Shown: positions 23,422-24,000 of the stretch, piece by piece
Position numbering within the stretch: position 1 is the first letter of the stretch
Layout: the number at the start of each line of letters is the position of its first letter
NCBI RefSeq assembly: GCF_052147955.1
Contig: NZ_CP197354.1
Span: 26,956 to 50,955 of the forward strand
Length of the DNA: 24,000 nucleotides
Direction of reading: 5' to 3'
DNA from: Pseudomonas sp. NUPR-001
GTDB taxonomy: Bacteria > Pseudomonadota > Gammaproteobacteria > Pseudomonadales > Pseudomonadaceae
The notes under the pieces: generated by a model
The model's input: the letters and a program-made list of their open reading frames with translations, nothing else
What the model was told of the DNA's origin: nothing
Databases searched by the model: none
Program-made: the position numbers and the translations under genes

Positions 23422-24000
23422 TCACTTCCCCTTGCCGAACAGCGAGGCATACACCTGGTCAAGGTTGCGCGATGCCGACTTGGCCAGGCGCTGCGCGGAG
23501 ATCATGCGAAGCGCGTGATCCTTCTCGGTTTCGTCCTTGGCATCGCGCAACTGGGCGCGATAGTCCGTGGAGTCCTCCAGTACCTGCGTGACATTCATTT
23601 TCAGCGGGCGCAGGCGCTCGAAAATCTCGTTCGCGTACACCACAGCATCGCGCTTGAGGGTGAATTTCTTCTCGACTTCGTGGAAGCCGAACAGCGCTGC
23701 GAACGTCTGCGGGATATCGTCGGCATCATCGATCTGGACCTTGTTGAAGACGACCAGGATCTTTTTCGCCGGCACGCCGAGCGCGGCCAGGGTCTTGATG
23801 GTGTTGATGGTATCGACCTGCTGCTTTTTCTCCGGTACTGCCGGTACCAGGAAGTAATCGATATCTTCGTGGGAGCCGTCGTACTGGCCCATGAACTTGA
23901 AGAAGTCTTCAACGTTGGATGCGCCAACGTCGACCACAACCTTGTCCTCGGTCAGCAGTACCTCGGACAGTTCGCCAAACTGCTTGCCCTTGAGGCGTTC
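23422..24000 (-). CDS. ParA/MinD-superfamily P-loop NTPase of the plasmid StbB/TraL-like type (C-terminal about 192 codons; the N-terminus is off-window)
   Basis: The frame is open to the window edge: ...ERLKGKQFGELSEVLLTEDKVVVDVGASNVEDFFKFMGQ...YFLVPAVPEKKQQVDTINTIKTLAALGVPAKKILVVFNKV. VVVDVGASN resembles the VVIDNGASS segment I recall from IncP TraL-type ATPases. The family call is from memory only. Confidence 0.5.
   Translation of the reverse strand, partial: ERLKGKQFGELSEVLLTEDKVVVDVGASNVEDFFKFMGQYDGSHEDIDYFLVPAVPEKKQQVDTINTIKTLAALGVPAKKILVVFNKVQIDDADDIPQTFAALFGFHEVEKKFTLKRDAVVYANEIFERLRPLKMNVTQVLEDSTDYRAQLRDAKDETEKDHALRMISAQRLAKSASRNLDQVYASLFGKGK

Overview
High-GC mosaic antibiotic- and mercury-resistance region built from nested and truncated Tn3-family elements plus a class 1 integron. 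It abuts about 3 kb of plasmid-type backbone at the right end.

Left to right:
(1) An AT-rich qnrVC cassette (3' end off-window) sits at attI1. It is followed by intact intI1 with a PcW promoter, an inactive P2 and a LexA box, then IRi at 2164-2188.
(2) A res-like region, tnpR and the first 388 codons of a Tn21-subgroup (Tn1721/Tn1403-like) tnpA.
(3) A complete 5,470-bp Tn5393c-type element at 4151-9620, bounded by 81-bp IRs. It carries strB, strA, tnpR and a tnpA with an in-frame TAG at codon 866, and it has no target-site duplication.
(4) A stranded mer module: a 23-codon urf2 stub, then merE-D-A-P-T, merO/P, merR and the 38-bp IRmer.
(5) A second, non-identical tnpA fragment (codons about 226-988) ending in the EcoRI-containing Tn1721-type IR.
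(6) The Tn1721 tet module: tetR(A), tetO, tetA(A), pecM/EamA and an isochorismatase (pncA-like) remnant.
(7) A third, again non-identical tnpA 3' fragment ending in a different, hybrid-looking 38-bp IR at 21011-21048.
(8) Backbone, all genes on the minus strand: a partial ParA/StbB-like ATPase, a coupled 130-aa coiled-coil/TM protein, a SprT-like Zn-metalloprotease with a C-terminal zinc ribbon, and an unassignable 160-aa ORF.

The backbone genes are interspersed with a 30-bp perfect palindrome, three copies of a 22-bp AT-centred palindromic box, and two direct repeats of about 95-100 bp that carry a conserved hairpin.

No rRNA, tRNA or CRISPR was seen. The resistance part is recognisable from known families, and its interest lies in junctions, allelic divergence and decay. 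The least explained signals are the backbone repeats, the operator-like sites and the SprT-like/orf160 genes.
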